Shown here piece by piece: positions 63,828 to 64,000 of a stretch of DNA of 64,000 nucleotides. The position numbers and the translations under genes are program-made. The notes under the pieces were generated by a model, which worked only from the letters and a program-made list of their open reading frames with translations, was not told where the DNA came from and did not search any database. The stretch covers positions 4,506,329 through 4,570,328 of the forward strand of contig CM119267.1 in the NCBI GenBank assembly GCA_051294375.1, given 5' to 3'. This DNA comes from Paraspadella gotoi (Eukaryota > Animalia > Chaetognatha). Position 1 is the first letter of the stretch. Every line of letters starts with the position of its first letter.

Positions 63828-64000
63828 GTTATAGTAGTTTGCAAGATTGTTTTTAAATGAAAACAAAATATTCTCCCGACAAATAAAGTACTTAAAAGAA
63901 TTTTCAGTTGTTTGTGTCAAGTTTTGATCAGCGTAAGATTAATTTAAAAAGTTAAGAAAATAAATTATTTATTTAAAATTTTTTCCAGTTATACCTTTTT

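Overview
Eukaryotic invertebrate (metazoan) genomic DNA with AT-rich introns, GC/CpG-rich exons, many (GA)n microsatellites and N gaps. Much of it looks like a draft assembly gap-filled with noisy long reads. No prokaryotic features, CRISPR arrays or RNA genes were seen. Genes readable from the sequence: (1) a 4-exon nidogen on the minus strand (59842-52979, ~1585 aa; NIDO-EGF-G2F-13 EGF-YWTD propeller-EGF) with an unusual ~130-aa leader before its signal segment; (2) two tandem small 8-Cys (double CX3C-Xn-CX3C) secreted-peptide exons at 7.7-8.7 kb, one with a loop RGD, possibly sharing one signal exon; (3) a 5-exon secreted Thr-rich mucin-like protein with a Cys-paired C-terminal region (11.6-16.2 kb) and a related signal-peptide ORF at 10.35 kb; (4) an atypical class A GPCR (DRY->ETH, NPxxY->KVFLY) with exons scattered over 17.9-46.6 kb; (5) a tentative minus-strand AT-hook gene at 4.1-6.6 kb. 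About 34.4-45.5 kb is an indel-rich inverted copy of 11.3-20 kb plus 30.9-31.2 kb, most likely an assembly artefact. Repeats include a Helentron/HINE-like family, a Merlin-like MITE with telomere-like repeats, a TG..CA insertion with a long flanking duplication, and several minisatellites.
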